From positions 6,822,001 through 6,886,000 of the forward strand of contig NC_086101.1 of NCBI RefSeq assembly GCF_963921235.1: a stretch of 64,000 nucleotides of DNA, in the 5' to 3' direction. The notes under the pieces are model-generated. The model ran no database searches. It was not told the DNA's origin and was given only the letters and a program-made list of their open reading frames with translations. Shown here piece after piece: positions 46,471 to 60,840 of the stretch (within the stretch, counting starts at the first letter, position 1; each line of letters begins with the position of its first letter). The position numbers were made by a program, and so were the translations under genes. This stretch comes from Mobula hypostoma (lineage: Eukaryota).

Positions 46471-48044
46471 AAATGATGGTGCATGGGTGCTATCAGCAAG
46501 AACAAGCAGTTCCCCGCAGTGCAGACAAATGTACACATGCACACAGACAAACCAGCTTGACTTCCACCGAGTGAACAATGAAGAGCAGCACTGATGGGAG
46601 GAGCCAGCCTGCAACCCAGCATGGACACCGCGCCACATCGCCTCGGGTGTCTCCTCTCCTCGACTTCTGCAACATGCACACCCGCGGCTTGAGGTCAAGT
46701 CATCACTACAGCTGAGGCCACACAGCTCCTCCGCCACCTATCTCACCAATAAACAAGGGAAACGACCTGGCAGTATTTTACATTACCAATGTTTAACAAG
46801 GTCTTGTGATCACAACAGAAATGGTCAAGACAATCGCTCAATGTTGGATTGCATGTCGCCTTCACACATCGATTCCAGTGCCTTTCTGCAGCAGAGAGTA
46901 ACACGGTCCGTACCAAGTCCAGCTCTTTCATCAACGAGCAGATCATCGATGGCGTAGAGATTTAGTACTTGAATTTCTTCATGACGAGTATTGTCTTGTA
47001 ATCATGAAACTGATGTTTAAAGAAGACAAAAGCACCTTTTGTCGTCTCCGACGTGGTTACTGCATTCAATCACGGCATCATTTTACAGGAGGTCCAGAAT
47101 GGGCAGTATTCAGAATAAGGATTGAAACTGTGCTGGAGCCTTGTGGTACATGCTTTCCGGCTTTGATATCTTCTGCCCGAGGGGAATCGGGTGAATAGAG
47201 AATGTCCAGGGAATGTTGGGTCTTTGATTACGCTGCTGCTTTAATGAAGCAGTGAGAGGTGTAGACAGAGTACATGGAGGAGAGGATGCTCTCTGTGTTG
47301 CGCTGAGCTGTGTCCAAAACTCTGCAGTCTCGGACAGAGCAGTTCGTGTATCAAGCCATGCCGCATCCAGTCAGGCCCAGATCTAATTAATAGGCAGGAC
47401 AAGCTTGATCGGCTGAATAGTCTCCTCAAAGAACTCTCACTGTACTTCGTCGTTTGTGTGGTTTAATGTTCAACACATTACTGCCTGACGGCGTGGAAAT
47501 AAGTTGGAATATTTGCTGGACATCCCTCGCTGAAAGAAAATTAAACTCCGCTGAACTTTTGCTTTCTGAGATCAGCTGGGGATGAGATTTGAATATTGTG
47601 GTCCTCTGGGTCTTACGTGATATGGCTGACACATAAAATCGGTGAGAATATTTCCTTTCACAGCCACAGTTGAGCCAAGAAACAACATACAGGTGGAAAA
47701 TGTGGTGGGAGGTTATCTCTGAGATGAGTTTTGGGTTTGTCTCGGAGAGCTACACACATCATTGCCTTACTGGGGTGGAAAATATGTCACAACCCAGAGT
47801 AGGACCAACCTCAATACGGAGCCTCCTCATACACTCTTCCCACACCCACGCAAGTACTCATCAACTCCCTGATCTTTGAACACCTCCTTCCAAAGGGTGG
47901 TTTTACTTTGGTGCCAGATTTCCCAACCTTCTCCTGCTGTGGAACCGGGTCCTGAAGTTGTGGATGACCTTCTGGTAAAGGTGAGCACCAGAGACCAGAA
48001 ACACAGCTTACAAACCTGAGGTGCAGAGGTCGGCACTGTCACAT

Positions 48045-48300
48045 AACACCTAGCGTAACGCTCCAATCCGCCGGCAGTCCGTGTGTAAATCCCACCACTG
48101 TCTGTGAGGAGTTCGTACGCTCATGTGTGACCGTGGGCTTCCTTCGGATGTTCCGGTTTCCTCCCACAGTCCGCAGACGGACGGATCAGGGTCAGAAAGT
48201 TGTGGCCATGCTACGTGAGCTCCAGAAGCATGGCGACACTTGTGGGCTGCTCCCAACGTCCTCGGACTCTGCCGGTCACTGACACAAACAACGTAATTCA
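48045..48300 (+). mobile_element. V-SINE-like element
   Basis: CTGTCTGTGAGGAGTTCGTACG...CCGGTTTCCTCCCACAGTCC V-domain. Confidence 0.65.
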
Positions 48301-49579
48301 AAAGATGTTTCAAAATGACGCATAAAGCGGCTTTTATCTTCCCTTGAAGCAAGGAATAAAGGCAGAGATGAGTTTCTAGACCGAGAGCAAAGGGACTTGA
48401 GAGTCCTTGTGCAGAATTCCCTAAAGATTAACTGGGAGGTTGATTCGGTAATAAATGGAATGCCGGCATTCATTTTAGAGGATTGGATATAAAAGTGAGG
48501 ATACACTGTAATGCTGAGCCTATATAAAAATTGGTTCAATAGCACTTGGACTGTGAGAAGTTTTGCGTCCCATGTTGAAGAAAGGATGTGCTGGCATTGG
48601 GGAGAGTCCAGAGGAGGTTCTGAATAATCGTCCAGGGAATACAACGTACGATTTGGCAACTCTGGTCCTGTACTCATTGGGCTTCAGAAGGGTGGGGGGG
48701 GGGGTGGATTTCTCATTGAAACATCTGGAATACTGAAAGGTCGAGATAGAGTGAACACCAAAAGGATGTTTCCGATAGTGGGAAAATCGATGTCCAGTGG
48801 AATTCAGTGCCACTGATGGCTATGGAGGCCAAACCAGTGGGTATATTTTGAACGGAGGGTGGTAGGTTCACGAGGTTGTCAAACATTACAGGGAGAAGGC
48901 AGAAGAATGGGGGTTGAGAGGGAAAGTAAATCAGCCATGATCAAGCTCAAGTTCAAGGTTATTGTCATCTGGATGTTCATATATACAAACAAACGAAACA
49001 ATATTCCCCTGGACCATGGTGCACCCACAAACATATATCACACACAACATATAAACAAAATATTATTAAAAATAACAATATATTACCACAAATAAGTTAA
49101 TAAACTGTAATTCAAAATGCACGTGAAGTGTGCTATACAGGTAAACAGTAAACAGCTCGCTGTCCCACTGTCAAGACCTTAGTGAAGGCAGGATAGTTAT
49201 TGGTCTCACAGTCTGAGGGTAGACATTGTTACCCACTCTGGTAGTCCTAGTCCTCATGGTCCTGTACCTCCTTCCTGGTGGCAATGAGTCAAACAGATTG
49301 TGGGATAGGTAGCAGGGATTCTCAACATTGCTTCGAGCCCACCATTACAATCCTCCTGGTAAATGTCAAGTAGGGGAGTGGGGTAGCGGAGACCCCAGTG
49401 ATCCTCTCAGTGGTATTTTACTGTCCTCTGTTGGAGCTTGTGATCCAGTGACTTGCAACTTCCATCTTCCAGATTCCACGGTCGAATGACAGAGTAGACT
49501 CGATAGGCTGAATGGCCTAATTCTGTAGATGGTGGAAATCCTGAACAACAAGAACACATAAAATGCTGGAGGAACTCAA

Positions 49580-50440
49580 CATTCAAAGTAAAATTATTAT
49601 CAATGTCTCTTTTTGTTCACCATATACTACATTCATTTTCTTGCGGGCATTCATAGTAGACACAAAGAAACACAATAGAATCAATAAAATACTACTTACA
49701 GTCAACCAACATACAGACGAATAACCAACATGCATCAGAAGACAAACTGTGATTACAAGAAAAAACAATTATCATTAATAATAATAAATTAATATGTGAT
49801 AAATAATACTGAGAACATGAGTTGCAGAATCCTCGGAAGTGATTGTGGAATCAATTTAATTGTTGAGAGTTATGAAGTTATCCATGTTGGTTCAACAGCC
49901 TGATGATTGAAGGTAAATAAATGCTCCAGAAACCGTTGGCATGGTACCTTAGGCTCCTGGACATCCTTCCTGATGGCAGCAGCGAGAAGAGAACATGGCC
50001 TGGATTGTGGGGTTTCTTGACGATGGATGCAGTTTTCTTGTGACAGCACTCCTTGTAAGACGTGTTCAAAGGTTTGAAAAGTTTTTTCTTCGATGGTCTG
50101 GGCTGTATTCACCATGGTCATTAGTGTTTAAATACCAGGTTGTGATGCAGGCAGTCAGGATACTCCCCACTGAGCATCTATAGAAGTTTGTTCAAGTTTT
50201 AGAAAGCAGGCCGAATTTTCTCACGCAGGAAGTGGAGGCACAGCTATGTCTTCCCTGTAATGCCACTTATGTGCTGGTCCCAGGATAGATGATTTGAAAT
50301 GATAGCACCGAGGAATAAAGTTACTACTCTCTCCACCTCTGATGAGGACTGGCTCATGGACCTACTGTTTCTTCCTCCTTTAGTCGACAGGTGGCCTTTA
50401 GTTTTACTGACATTGAGTGAGAGGCTCTTACGGCTCCATT
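49580..50440 (-). mobile_element. Rex1/Babar-like LINE 3' fragment
   Basis: LSLNVSKTK, PHNPGHVLFSLLPSGR; tail TTCAAAGTAAAATTATT. Confidence 0.8.
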
Positions 50441-51029
50441 CGGATGAGGATGAGCTAAGATATGAACTGAAGCTCATTGCAGCCAATTTAAAGACTCTTT
50501 AGGGCCAGACCACAGTCAAGGCTCCTTCTGCTACCTCACGTGGAGTGGTTGAGTCGGGTGGGGAAACTCCTCAGCCACTGAAATGATGCATCACCCACGG
50601 GGCATCCTGTGTGGCAATGGTTTAACATTATTCACCTGACTGAATGTATTGACTATGTGAAGCTAAAATGTAAATGTTTTTCTGCACCGTTTCGACTTTC
50701 GTACGTACTTTTATTGTGAATAAATTTTACTTTTGATACACAAAATACAGTTCAGATACAGGCCTTCAGCCAGCAAGACCCACCAACCATTAAACACCCA
50801 ATTACACTAACTTGACAGTGCGGCTCCCAGGTTGGCCTCATCAGTCACCTCCGTTATGGGAGATTACTGGAGAAGACCGTGCATTTCCCGGTGTAAGTAA
50901 AGAGTTAATTATCATTTCTCCTTGGTGCATGCCGAAATAAAATGGAAGTTCAAAGACAAAATGGTGTCAGGTTGGGATGTGGTAACGGCCTGTTTCCCCT
51001 CGTATTGGCCAATGTTGAGGCTTGAAAGG

Positions 51030-51575
51030 CACTCTTGAGACCACACTTGTATTGTGTGCAGTTCTGGGCTCCTTATTTTAGAAAGGATATACTGACATTG
51101 GAGAGGGTTCAGAGAATATTCATGAGAATGATTCCAGGAATGAAAGGGTTACCGTACAATGAACGTCTGGCAGCTCTTGGGCTGTATTCCCTGGAGTTCG
51201 GGAGAATGAGAGGGGTTCTGATAGAATCATTCTGAATGTTAAAAGGCCAAGAAGAAATTAGATCTGGCAAAGTTATTTCCCATGGTAGGGGAGTCTAGTA
51301 CACGAGGGCATGAGTTCAGGTTTGAAGGACATCCATTTAGAACTGAGATGCGGAGAAAATACTTTAGTCAGCGGGTGGTAAGTTTTTGAAATTACTTGCC
51401 ACGCGTGGCTGTGGAGGCCAAGTCATTGGATGCATTTAAGGCAGAGACAGATAGGTTCTTGATTAGCCAGGGCATCAAGGGGTATAGGGTGATAGTAGCG
51501 GAGTGAGGATGACTGGAGAATTGGATCAGTCCATGATTGAATGGCCTGCTTCTGCTCCTATATCTTATGGTCTAA
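51030..51575 (+). mobile_element. CR1 3' fragment
   Basis: RPHLYCVQFWAPYFRKDILTLERVQR. Confidence 0.85.
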
Positions 51576-51611
51576 TGGAATCTAAAAATATTTTTGTTAC
51601 ACCCTGTGCGG

Positions 51612-51625
51612 CCAGCAGGTGGCGG
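51612..51625 (+). promoter_or_regulatory. CTCF consensus match
   Basis: CCAGCAGGTGGCGG fits CCASYAGRKGGCRS at every position. Confidence 0.5.
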
Positions 51626-52603
51626 AATTGCTCCAGTTATTCGCTCTCACACTCTGCTTTCACCCAGTCGGAACAGATGTGTCAATGTATGCCAGTCCAC
51701 ACTCAGTGCTCCCCCTGACCAGCAGCGGTTGTGGGGAATTACTCTGGTCCTCTCCCTCTGTCCTTACCAGGGAGGGAACATCACAGACTGAGGGGATCAT
51801 AAGGTACAGAAGTCTGGAAATACGGTGCTTCAGCAACTGTCGAGGAAACAGTCACCAACAACAACTGACACAGACATGATAGACAGTCAGAGCCTCTTCA
51901 TGTTCTTGGATGTCAAATTAACAAATCGCAGTTATGTGTAAATGATCCACTTCCTCCATCCCCTGACTGTTCATTTCCTGCTTAAATGCTTGTTTGAACT
52001 GAAGAATTTCAGAGTTGTAAACTTTGATAATAAAATGAAGCTTTGAACCTCTTAAACGTCACGAATGTGTCTGTTTCCACCACTCCCTACCCCGGCCGTC
52101 ATTCCAGGAACAAAGCACTCATTGTGTCAGGAAACATTCCTTGAACATCCTGATTCCACCTTGAAGCTTTACCCTTCACGTGGTGTCCTCAGCGAGATGA
52201 CACTGACTGGGCCAGTCTCAAAATTAGAAGGACAGTACACGTTGGGCTGAAGGGCTTGCTCCTGTGCTGTACTGTTCCATGTTCAGTGTTTGAAATATCA
52301 CAGACAGGGACACAACAATTTCTTCCCTGGATTTCCACCATGTCAGACGGTACACTGGGTCAGACCCCCGGTTAATTCAGCTTTATGTGTTTAAACTGGT
52401 CGGCCTGCTTTGTAATGTCAGCATGTTTCAGGACATTATTATTCCCCTCCCTGAATTTCCCAGCTCCATCACCTTCTCCACAGAAAATACAGATGAGAAT
52501 TATTTATTTCAGACCTCACCCATCTGCTGTGTCTCCACACACAGATGACCACACTGGTCCTTCATGGGATATATTCCCTCACTCGTTATCCTTGTTGTTT
52601 TAC

Positions 52604-53660
52604 TGTCATGGTCCGGTCCATGAAGTCCGCATTCCGGTTCATGGTCCGGTCCGTGGACTCAGGACTCCGGGTCTTCCAGCTGTCCTTTGTTTCGGTTGGG
52701 TTAATCATAAGCACTTGATTCCCATCTTGAGGCTTGGAATCTAAGTAGCCTTGGGGTCGAGTGTGGGCTGCTGGTTTATCTTTTCAAGATTCCCTGGGAG
52801 CAACCTGCCAGTTGAAGGCTAGAGCGGCCACTTGCCATCTTTAGGCTGCGTTGGTGAATCACCGCCTCATGGATCCTCGCTGTCAGTAGTCGGTACTGTC
52901 TTTGCAGTATGGATTCGGCCACTTCCCGGGCCAGCGGAGTGGCCGTCAGCCACTCTGAACTAGGTAGGGATCCGACTGTTTCCGTAACCAGCCGAGTTTT
53001 CTGGCCGTAACTGCGACTCGAAGCAACCCCGATGCGGAGATGGAACTGTCTATCGTTCTTCGATGTTTGTCTCTTCTTGTCCTCGCATCCGTGGGGTAAG
53101 TCAGGCCCTTCTGCCGTTGCCCTGCAGGGGGATCTGTCTTGTCTTGTCCTTGCCTCCGTGGAGTAAGGCAAGCCGATCTGTGTTGCCCTGCAGGGGCATC
53201 TGTCTTGTCTTGTCCTTGCCTCCGTGGGGTAAGTCAGGCCGTTCTGCCGTTGCCCTGCAGGGGGATCCGTCTTGTCTTGTCTTTTCCTCTGTTGGGTAAG
53301 TCAAGCCGTTCTGACATTACCCAACGGAGGGACGTTTCCCACCTTGGTGTGGAGATGAAGTTGAGCCCCTGCTTGGCTAGTGTAAGTCCCAGCTCTATGT
53401 CTATGTTCTGTCCAGTCTCATGTTGGTGTCCTGTTAGAGATGAGTCCCGGCTCTGTGTTGATGTACAGTTCCCAGTCTGTCTCCGAGCTCCAGCCTCCGA
53501 GTTATCAGCCTCCGTATTCCTAGACCCAAGACCCCAGCCTCAAGCCGCAAGACGCAAGACCCCAGCCTGTCTCCAAGCTCAAGCCTCAGGACCCCAGCCT
53601 GTCTCCGAGCTCAAGCCTCAGGTCCCCAGCTTGTCTCCAAGCTCAAGCCTCAGGACCCCC
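52604..53660 (+). mobile_element. LTR-like segment with internal 66-67-bp and 32-bp tandem repeats, 3' end missing
   Basis: Starts TGTCATGG; CCTGCAGGGG at 53121, 53187 and 53254; CCCCAGC(C/T)TGTCTCC(A/G)AGCTCAAGCCTCAGG three times from 53560; no second LTR or CA end seen. Confidence 0.5.
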
Positions 53661-56600
53661 GCCTGAAATTCTTTTTCTTCACAAACATCCACAAAAACGA
53701 AGGAATGCCCCAAAGAATGAATGAGTTAACTGTTAGAACTCCAAATACCCCCATCTCCACCCCCCACGCATAAGCAGCAGCAAGACAACGACAACCCCTG
53801 CCCCACCAGCAAAGAAACGTCAGCACCCTCCACCGAGCAGTCAAGCGTGCAGCAATTATCAATAAAGACACAGACTTGCAGTACTCCAAAGACTACTTGT
53901 TCACCCAGTAATTCAATATAACACAAGCTCTCCCTCCCTAAAAAGGGAAAATGAGATGACGCGTTTCACAGCGAGAGGGGAGACATAACAAACAACTCAC
54001 TGATTTACGATGTTAAAAGTCTGTTGCGTTGTTTTTTTTCCCCAAGCTCTGTGCCAAAAGAACTCAGGTCTCGTGTCAGACAGCCATCCGACAGCTTGTT
54101 GCCTTCGATCTTCTATCGCCCGCGACACACCGATTCCCCGCAAAGGCACCGACTTCGAGTCCACCGACTTCCAGAGCCACGGAACCCTGGAACTCTGAAG
54201 GCGTGCTTGTCTTCTAGGCTGTGTCCTCAATAAATCGAACAACGGCCAGTCGTGAGACCCCGAGAATGGGTCTCATTCCCGCAAAGAACCGAAGGCAGCT
54301 TGCAACTCCAGGTCAGGGTCTTCAAAAGACCCCTGAAAGGGAAAAAAAATAGAGATATGAAAGACAGAAATAGAGCTGTTTCCGAAGATGCGAGCAAAAC
54401 AGTCGCCGTTAGGCGCCATCGTCCTCTTAAGCTCCCAGCAGTTTTTAATAACTTGACTCAGATTCTTGCTACTAAGAGGCCAATGGTCAGTCTCAGTCAG
54501 TCGAGATCTGTATTTGATTTATTTCAGGAGGAAGCTCGTCGGAAGAACAGTAGGACATGGTCTTTACTGAAACTCTGTATGGATTTGTAAAACAGTTCAA
54601 ATATCACTGATGCTCAGTTTATAACCAGCTGCATAATATTTTCAGGATCAGTGATGATGCCTAGATATTGTCAGTGACAGATGGTGCCCTACTAGCTGAA
54701 AAATTCTATCATTCATATTTTTTCGACACAGCATTGGGAGGAACGTTTGATGGCATTAAGCGAGGTAAAACATACAGATTTATTTTGACCTAGGTTTCAG
54801 ACAAATATAATTAATAATTAGACACAAAATTTGACTGTAATAATAAGCTGAAGGGGAAGTAAAGTTTATTCCTGCAACAACCTCACCTGCAGGGAGGCAT
54901 CACAGTCACATGATATTCTGAAAATGTCAGACCCTTGAACACACCAACACTGGGGCAAAATATAACCAATTCATGGGACTGCTAGACGAACCACTGAATC
55001 CTCATTCCATTCAAACCGAAAAAAAATATGTCAATGCATGTGCTTGAATCTTGCCACAGTAGCTCTGGAATTAATATTTCATTAATTACATTAAAGGGGA
55101 TAAAATTTAGTATTACTGCGGTGACAAAGATTGTCAGAAAAATACACCAATCCTTCGTGCCGCTCACCCTGTCTGACCTGTCCGTGACCGCAGTCTGATT
55201 GACTCAGCTCTGCCCCCTGCTGGACTCGCGAGTCTCACTGTTGTTATCAAACCACCACATTGAAGCATCGTCAGACTGAACCCGGGCACACCGATCAGCA
55301 TTGACCTCGGTGAACGATGGGAGAAGCTCACCCAGCATAACCAGCCTGGCAAATCTCCCTCACACACATACAGAAGAAGGATTGGCCGATTATAGTCTGA
55401 GCCTCAGCTCTGCACATTGTTATTTCCCTCAGTGACATGGAAACTATTCTTTCTCTTCAGACACCGTGAATGTTTTTTACTTGAACAATTTACACATGTG
55501 TCGCACGTTGCCAACACACACTGAACATGTGAAGACACACTGTAACATACAATACTTCAATATGCACCCTTACCTTCAATGTGAACGCACACTCACTGAT
55601 ATTTACCACAACCAACACACACTCACACACAGTGACAATTATCTAAATGCACCATCAGAGAGGAACACATCACCAGAGAAACCGACACATTTCCGCGTGT
55701 TTGTCCCATGTTCCTTTAACCATTTCCTATCCGTGTACCTGTCTAAATTTATTTTAAAATATTTTAATTATACCTGTTTCTGTAGCTTCCTCTGGCAGCA
55801 AATTGCACATGTACTCACATTCCTTAAACATCCCTTTAAACATCGTTTAAAAAACTCTTCTTCAATCTCCGCCCTCTGCTTTTGGACTCTGCTATTCTGG
55901 GGAAAGAGACCATGTGTATACACTTTACATCTGACATCATGATTTTATATACCTCGAAAGGGGGTCCCTCCCTCAACATCGAAATCTCCTGGGAAATAGC
56001 CCCAGCCTATCAAGTCTCTGCTTTTAATCCAAGCCCTCCAGCCCTCGTAACATCTTCTGATAGTGACATCCTTCCCAGAGTCGGGGACTCAGAAATGCAC
56101 ACAAACTCCAAGTGTGGTCTATGATCATCATCAAAGGCCTTGGTGAGGTTCATGTGGACAATGTCTATCATCCTGTCCTGGTCAGTCCTCTCTTTCATCT
56201 CTTCCACAAACCGGTATTTATGAGACGTGATTTTCCATGCACAACGCCGTGTCCCTGATCAGTCCTCGTCTTTCCAAATGCTGTTCGATCCTGTCTCTCA
56301 GAAACTTTCCCACCACTGACGTTCGGTTTATGGACTGGACTTCCCTGGTATGACCGTCCAACCCTTCTTAACTGAAGGCTCAAACTGAGCCACCCTCCAG
56401 TCTTCCAGCAGCTCACCTGTGGTGAAATATGAAGGAAATATATCTGCCAGAGTCTCTGCAAATTCATCCTCTGTCCTAATGAGGGGCTGTGGGGAGTGTG
56501 TTTGTGGAAAAGGGACAAAGGGATTCTTATCACCCATATTCATCCTCCTTAACCTTCTGTTTCCATCTACACACACAGTTCACCACAGGCTTTCCAACCC

Positions 56601-57844
56601 CTCCCCCATCTGGTTCTGGTTCCATCTGTCATTCATCTCTCCCCTCGTGGTTCCCATGATCATACACAGGAAAAAAGTCTGCAAATGCTGGAATTTCAAA
56701 TCCACGCACACAAAATGCTGGAGGAACTGTATACTAGCCACTTCCCAGTCCAGATGTCCGGTTTCGACATGAAATGTCGACAGTCCCTTTCCTCCCACAG
56801 ATGCTGCTCGACACACTGAGTTCCTCCAGCAGATTGTGTGAAGACTGATTATTGGATAGAGTTAAGAAGGAGTCAGATAAAATTTTTAAAGGTCGACGGA
56901 TTGCAGTTTGGGGAACTCATACAGAAGAGGAATTGATGCCAGCATTGATCAGTCACATCTATAGAAAGAAGGGCCTGTTCCTGTGCTGTACTGTTCTGTG
57001 TTCTCCGTTCTCTGTTTAGAAGAATGAGAGGAGATCTCAGGGAAACACAAAACTCTCTCGGGGCTCAACAAACAGGATGCAGGCAAGATGTTTCCACTGT
57101 CTGAGGAGTCGAGGGTCAGGGGTCACTGTCTCAGGATGGGGTGAACCCTCAGAGGATGGTGTATCTGGAATTCTCTGTACCGGAGGGCTGCGGGGTCTCA
57201 GTCATTCAGTTCATTTAAAGTTACAGAGTCATCCTAGTACAGCACAGGAACAGGCCTTCCGGCCCATCACCTTGGTGTCGACCTATTTACCCATACACTC
57301 ATCCCATTGGCCGGCATTAGGTCAGTCTCCTTCTGTTCCTTGTCTCTTGAAGTTTCTCTTAAACACAGTGATTGCATCTGATTCGATCTCCTCCTCTGGT
57401 AGCAAGTTCCGACATCAGGCACTCACTGTTCAAATAATCTCACCTTTCAACTCCTTCATCCCTCCTCAGACATGTGACCTCTTGCATTTGAGCAAATGGA
57501 AGATGGTTTCAACCATCAACTCAATCTACACCCCTCATAAGCTTATATATTTCTGTCTGATCACCCCTCGGCTCATTTACCTGCATTTGGCCGGTATCGT
57601 TCTAAACATTCCCTGTCATAGTTTCTCTGCCCCAGACCTCAACTCCTCTTCTGTGCTAGTTCCTCAGGGCCCTCAATTTTCCCGTGTTACAGAAGATGAT
57701 CGACCTCATTACCTACCATATTACAGACGCAAATGTGTTGCAGGCCCTAAATAGAGGAAGGTCAATAAATCCCCAGGTCCTGATCAAGTGTATCCGAGGA
57801 CATTTTGGGAAGCTCAGGAGGAAAGTGTGGAGCCCATTTTGGAG

Positions 57845-60075
57845 ATGCCTTTGACAAGGTCCCGCATGGGAGGTTAGTTAGGAAAATTCAGTCGCTAGCT
57901 GTACATGGAGAGGTGGTAAATTGGATTAGACATTGGCTCAATGGAAGAAGCCAAAGAGTGGCAGTAGAGCAATTGCTTCTCCGAGTGGAGGTATTGGTGT
58001 GGGTGGAGAATTGGTTAGCAGACAGGAAGCAAAGAGTGGGAATAAACGGGACCTTTTCAGAATGGCAGGCGGTGACTAGTGGGGTACCGCAAGGCTCAGT
58101 GCTGGGACCCCAGTTGTTTACAATATATATTAATGACTTGGATGAGGGAATTAAATGCAGCATCTCCAAGTTTGCGGATGACACGAAGCTGGGTGGCAGT
58201 GTTAGCAGTGAGGAGGATGCTAAGCGGATGCAGGGTGACTTGGATAGGTTGGGTGAGTGGGCAAACTCATGGCAGATGCAATTTAATGTGGATAAATGTG
58301 AAGTTATCCACTTTGGTGGCAAAAATAGGAAAACAGATTATTATCTGAATGGTGGCCGATTAGGAAAAGGGGAGGTGCAACGAGACCTGGGTGTCATTAT
58401 ACACCAGTCATTGAAAGTGGGCATGCAGGTACAGCAGGCGGTGAAAAAGGCGAACGGTATGCTGGCATTTATAGCGAGAGGATTCGAGTAGAGGAGCAGG
58501 GAGGTACTACTGCAGTTGTACAAGGCCTTGGTGAGACCACACCTGGAGTATTGTGTGCAGTTTTGGTCTCCTAATCTGAGGAAAGACATCTTTGCCATAG
58601 AGGGAGTACAAAGAAGGTTCACCAGATTGATTCCTGGGATGGCACGTCTTTCATATGAAGAAAGACTGGATGAACTGGGCTTGTACTCGTTGGAATTTAG
58701 AAGATTGAGGGGGGATCTGATTGAAACGTGTAAGATCCTAAAGGGATTGGACAGGCTAGATGCGGGAAGATTGTTCCCGATGTTGGGGAGGTCCAGAACG
58801 AGGGGTCACAGTTTGAGGATAGAGGGGAAGCCTTTTAGGACCGAGATTAGGAAAAACTTCTTCACACAGAGAGTGGTGAATCTGTGGAATTCTCTGCCAC
58901 AGCAAACTGTTGAGGCCAGTTCATTGGCTATGTTTAAGAGGGAGTTAGATATGGCCCTTGTGGCTACAGGGGTCAGGGGGTATGGAGGGAAGGCTGGGTT
59001 CTGAGTTGGATGATCAGCCATGATCATAATAAATGGCGGTGCAGGCTCGAAGGGCTGAATGGCCTACTCCTGCACCTATTTTCTATGTTTCTATGTTTCT
59101 ATGGAGGCCTGTGACTAGTGGCGTGCCACAGGGATCAGTGCTAGTTCCATTGTTATTTGTCATCTATATCAATGATCTGGATGATAATGTGGTAAATTGG
59201 ATCAACAAATTTGCTGATGATACAAAGATTGGAGGTGTAGTAGACAGTGAGGGAGGTTTTCAAAGCTTGCAGAGGGACTTGACCATCTGGCAAAATGGAC
59301 TGGAAAATGGCAGATGGAGTTTAATACAGACAAGTGTGAGGTATTGCACGTTGGAAGGACAAACCAACGTAGAACATACAGGGTAAATGGTAAGGCACTG
59401 GGGAGTGCAGTGGAACAGAGGGATCTGGGAATACAGATACAAAATTCCCTAAAAGTGGCGTCACAGGTAGATAGGGTCGTAAAGAGAGCTTTTGGTACAT
59501 TAGCCTTTATTAAACAAAGTATTGAGTATAAGAGCTAGAATGTTATGATGAGGTTGTATAAGGCATTGATGAGGCCGAATCTGGAGTACTGTGTTCAGTT
59601 TTGGTCACCAAATTACAGGAAGGATATAAATAAGTTTGAAAGAGTGCAGAGAAGGTTTACAAGGATGTAGCGTAGAAGAATTAGGGGAGATTTGATAGAG
59701 GTATATAAAATTATGATGGGTATAGACAGAGTGAATGCAAGCAGGCTTTTTCCACTGAGGCAAGGGGAGAAAAAAAAAACAGAGGACATAGGTTAAGGGT
59801 GAGGGGGGGGGGAGTTTAAAGGGAACATTAAGGGGGGGGGGGCTTCTTCACACAGAGAGCGGTGGGAGTATGGAATGAGCTGCCAGACGAGGTGGTAAAT
59901 GCGGGTTCTTTTTTAATATTTAAGAATAAATTGGACAGATACAAGGATGGGAGGTGTATGGAGGGATATGGTCAGTGTGCAGGTCAGTGGGACTAGGCAG
60001 AAAATGGTTCGGCACAGCCAAGAAGGGCCAAAAGGCCTGTTTCTGTGCTGTAGTTTCTATGGTTCTATGATTCTA
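57845..60075 (+). mobile_element. CR1 RT/3' fragment (host; closely related to the 41634 element)
   Basis: AFDKVPHGRLVRK..., resumes at 59102 with [37 protein letters not shown] tail. Confidence 0.9.
57992..59101 (+). mobile_element. Younger CR1 3' fragment nested in the host CR1, 6-bp TSD
   Basis: TGGAGG at 57986..57991 and 59102..59107; (TTCTATGT)n tail; RT frame with a single internal stop. Confidence 0.9.
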
Positions 60076-60547
60076 TGTGTGTTATCAATAGCTGCGGATG
60101 AGGGGCCAGAATTCTGGATGGTGAGTAATGAAGAACACCAGCCTAACAACAGGACATTTTACAATAACTAATTAACTTCCTGATTGCTTCGTCTTTGGAC
60201 TAGAGTCATAGAGTTATAGAAATGTACAGCACAGAAACAGGCCCTTTGGCTCATCTAGTTCATGCCGGCACATTTAATCTGCCCACTCCCTTCAATCTGC
60301 ACTGTGACCATATCAGACCACACCTCTGCAATCCATGTATCTGTCCAAACCTCTCTTAAAGATTGAAATCGAGTTTACACGTATCACTTCCACTGGCAGC
60401 TCATTCCACACTCTTACAACCCTCTGAGTGAAGACATTTCCCTTCATGTTCCCCTTAAACTTTTCACCTTTCACCCTTCACACATGACCTCTAGTTGTAG
60501 TCCCACCCAACTTCCGTCGTAAAAGCCGGCTTGCATTTAGAAAGGTA

Positions 60548-60840
60548 TCCGTTAGTCTTGCGAGACCATGGATCTGCGCCTGAAAAGTCTTCACTCTCCA
60601 GGGCGCAGGCCTGGGCAAGTTTGTATGGAAGACCGGCAGTTGCCCATGCTGCAAGTCTCCTCTCTCCACGACACCGATGTTGTCCAAGGGAAGGGCAAGG
60701 GCCAATACAGCTTGGCACCGATGTCATTGCAGAGCCCTGTGTGGTTAAGTGCCTGTGAGGAACACAACAACACGCTCCTTCAGCAGGGGCTGGAACTCAC
60801 GACGTTCAGATCACTAGTCCAATGCCTTAACCACTTGGCC
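60548..60840 (-). mobile_element. tRNA-derived SINE (CORE-like)
   Basis: Minus strand: A-box GGCCAAGTGG, B-box-like GAGTTCCAGCC, then GGCACTTAACC; absent from the paralogous position in the first TRIM copy. Confidence 0.7.

Noticed and set aside
57077..57754. 225-aa ORF
   Set aside because: Spans CR1 fragments in opposite orientations; no coherent domain
60770..60840. tRNA gene on the minus strand
   Set aside because: A/B boxes present but no clean cloverleaf, and it continues into a SINE body
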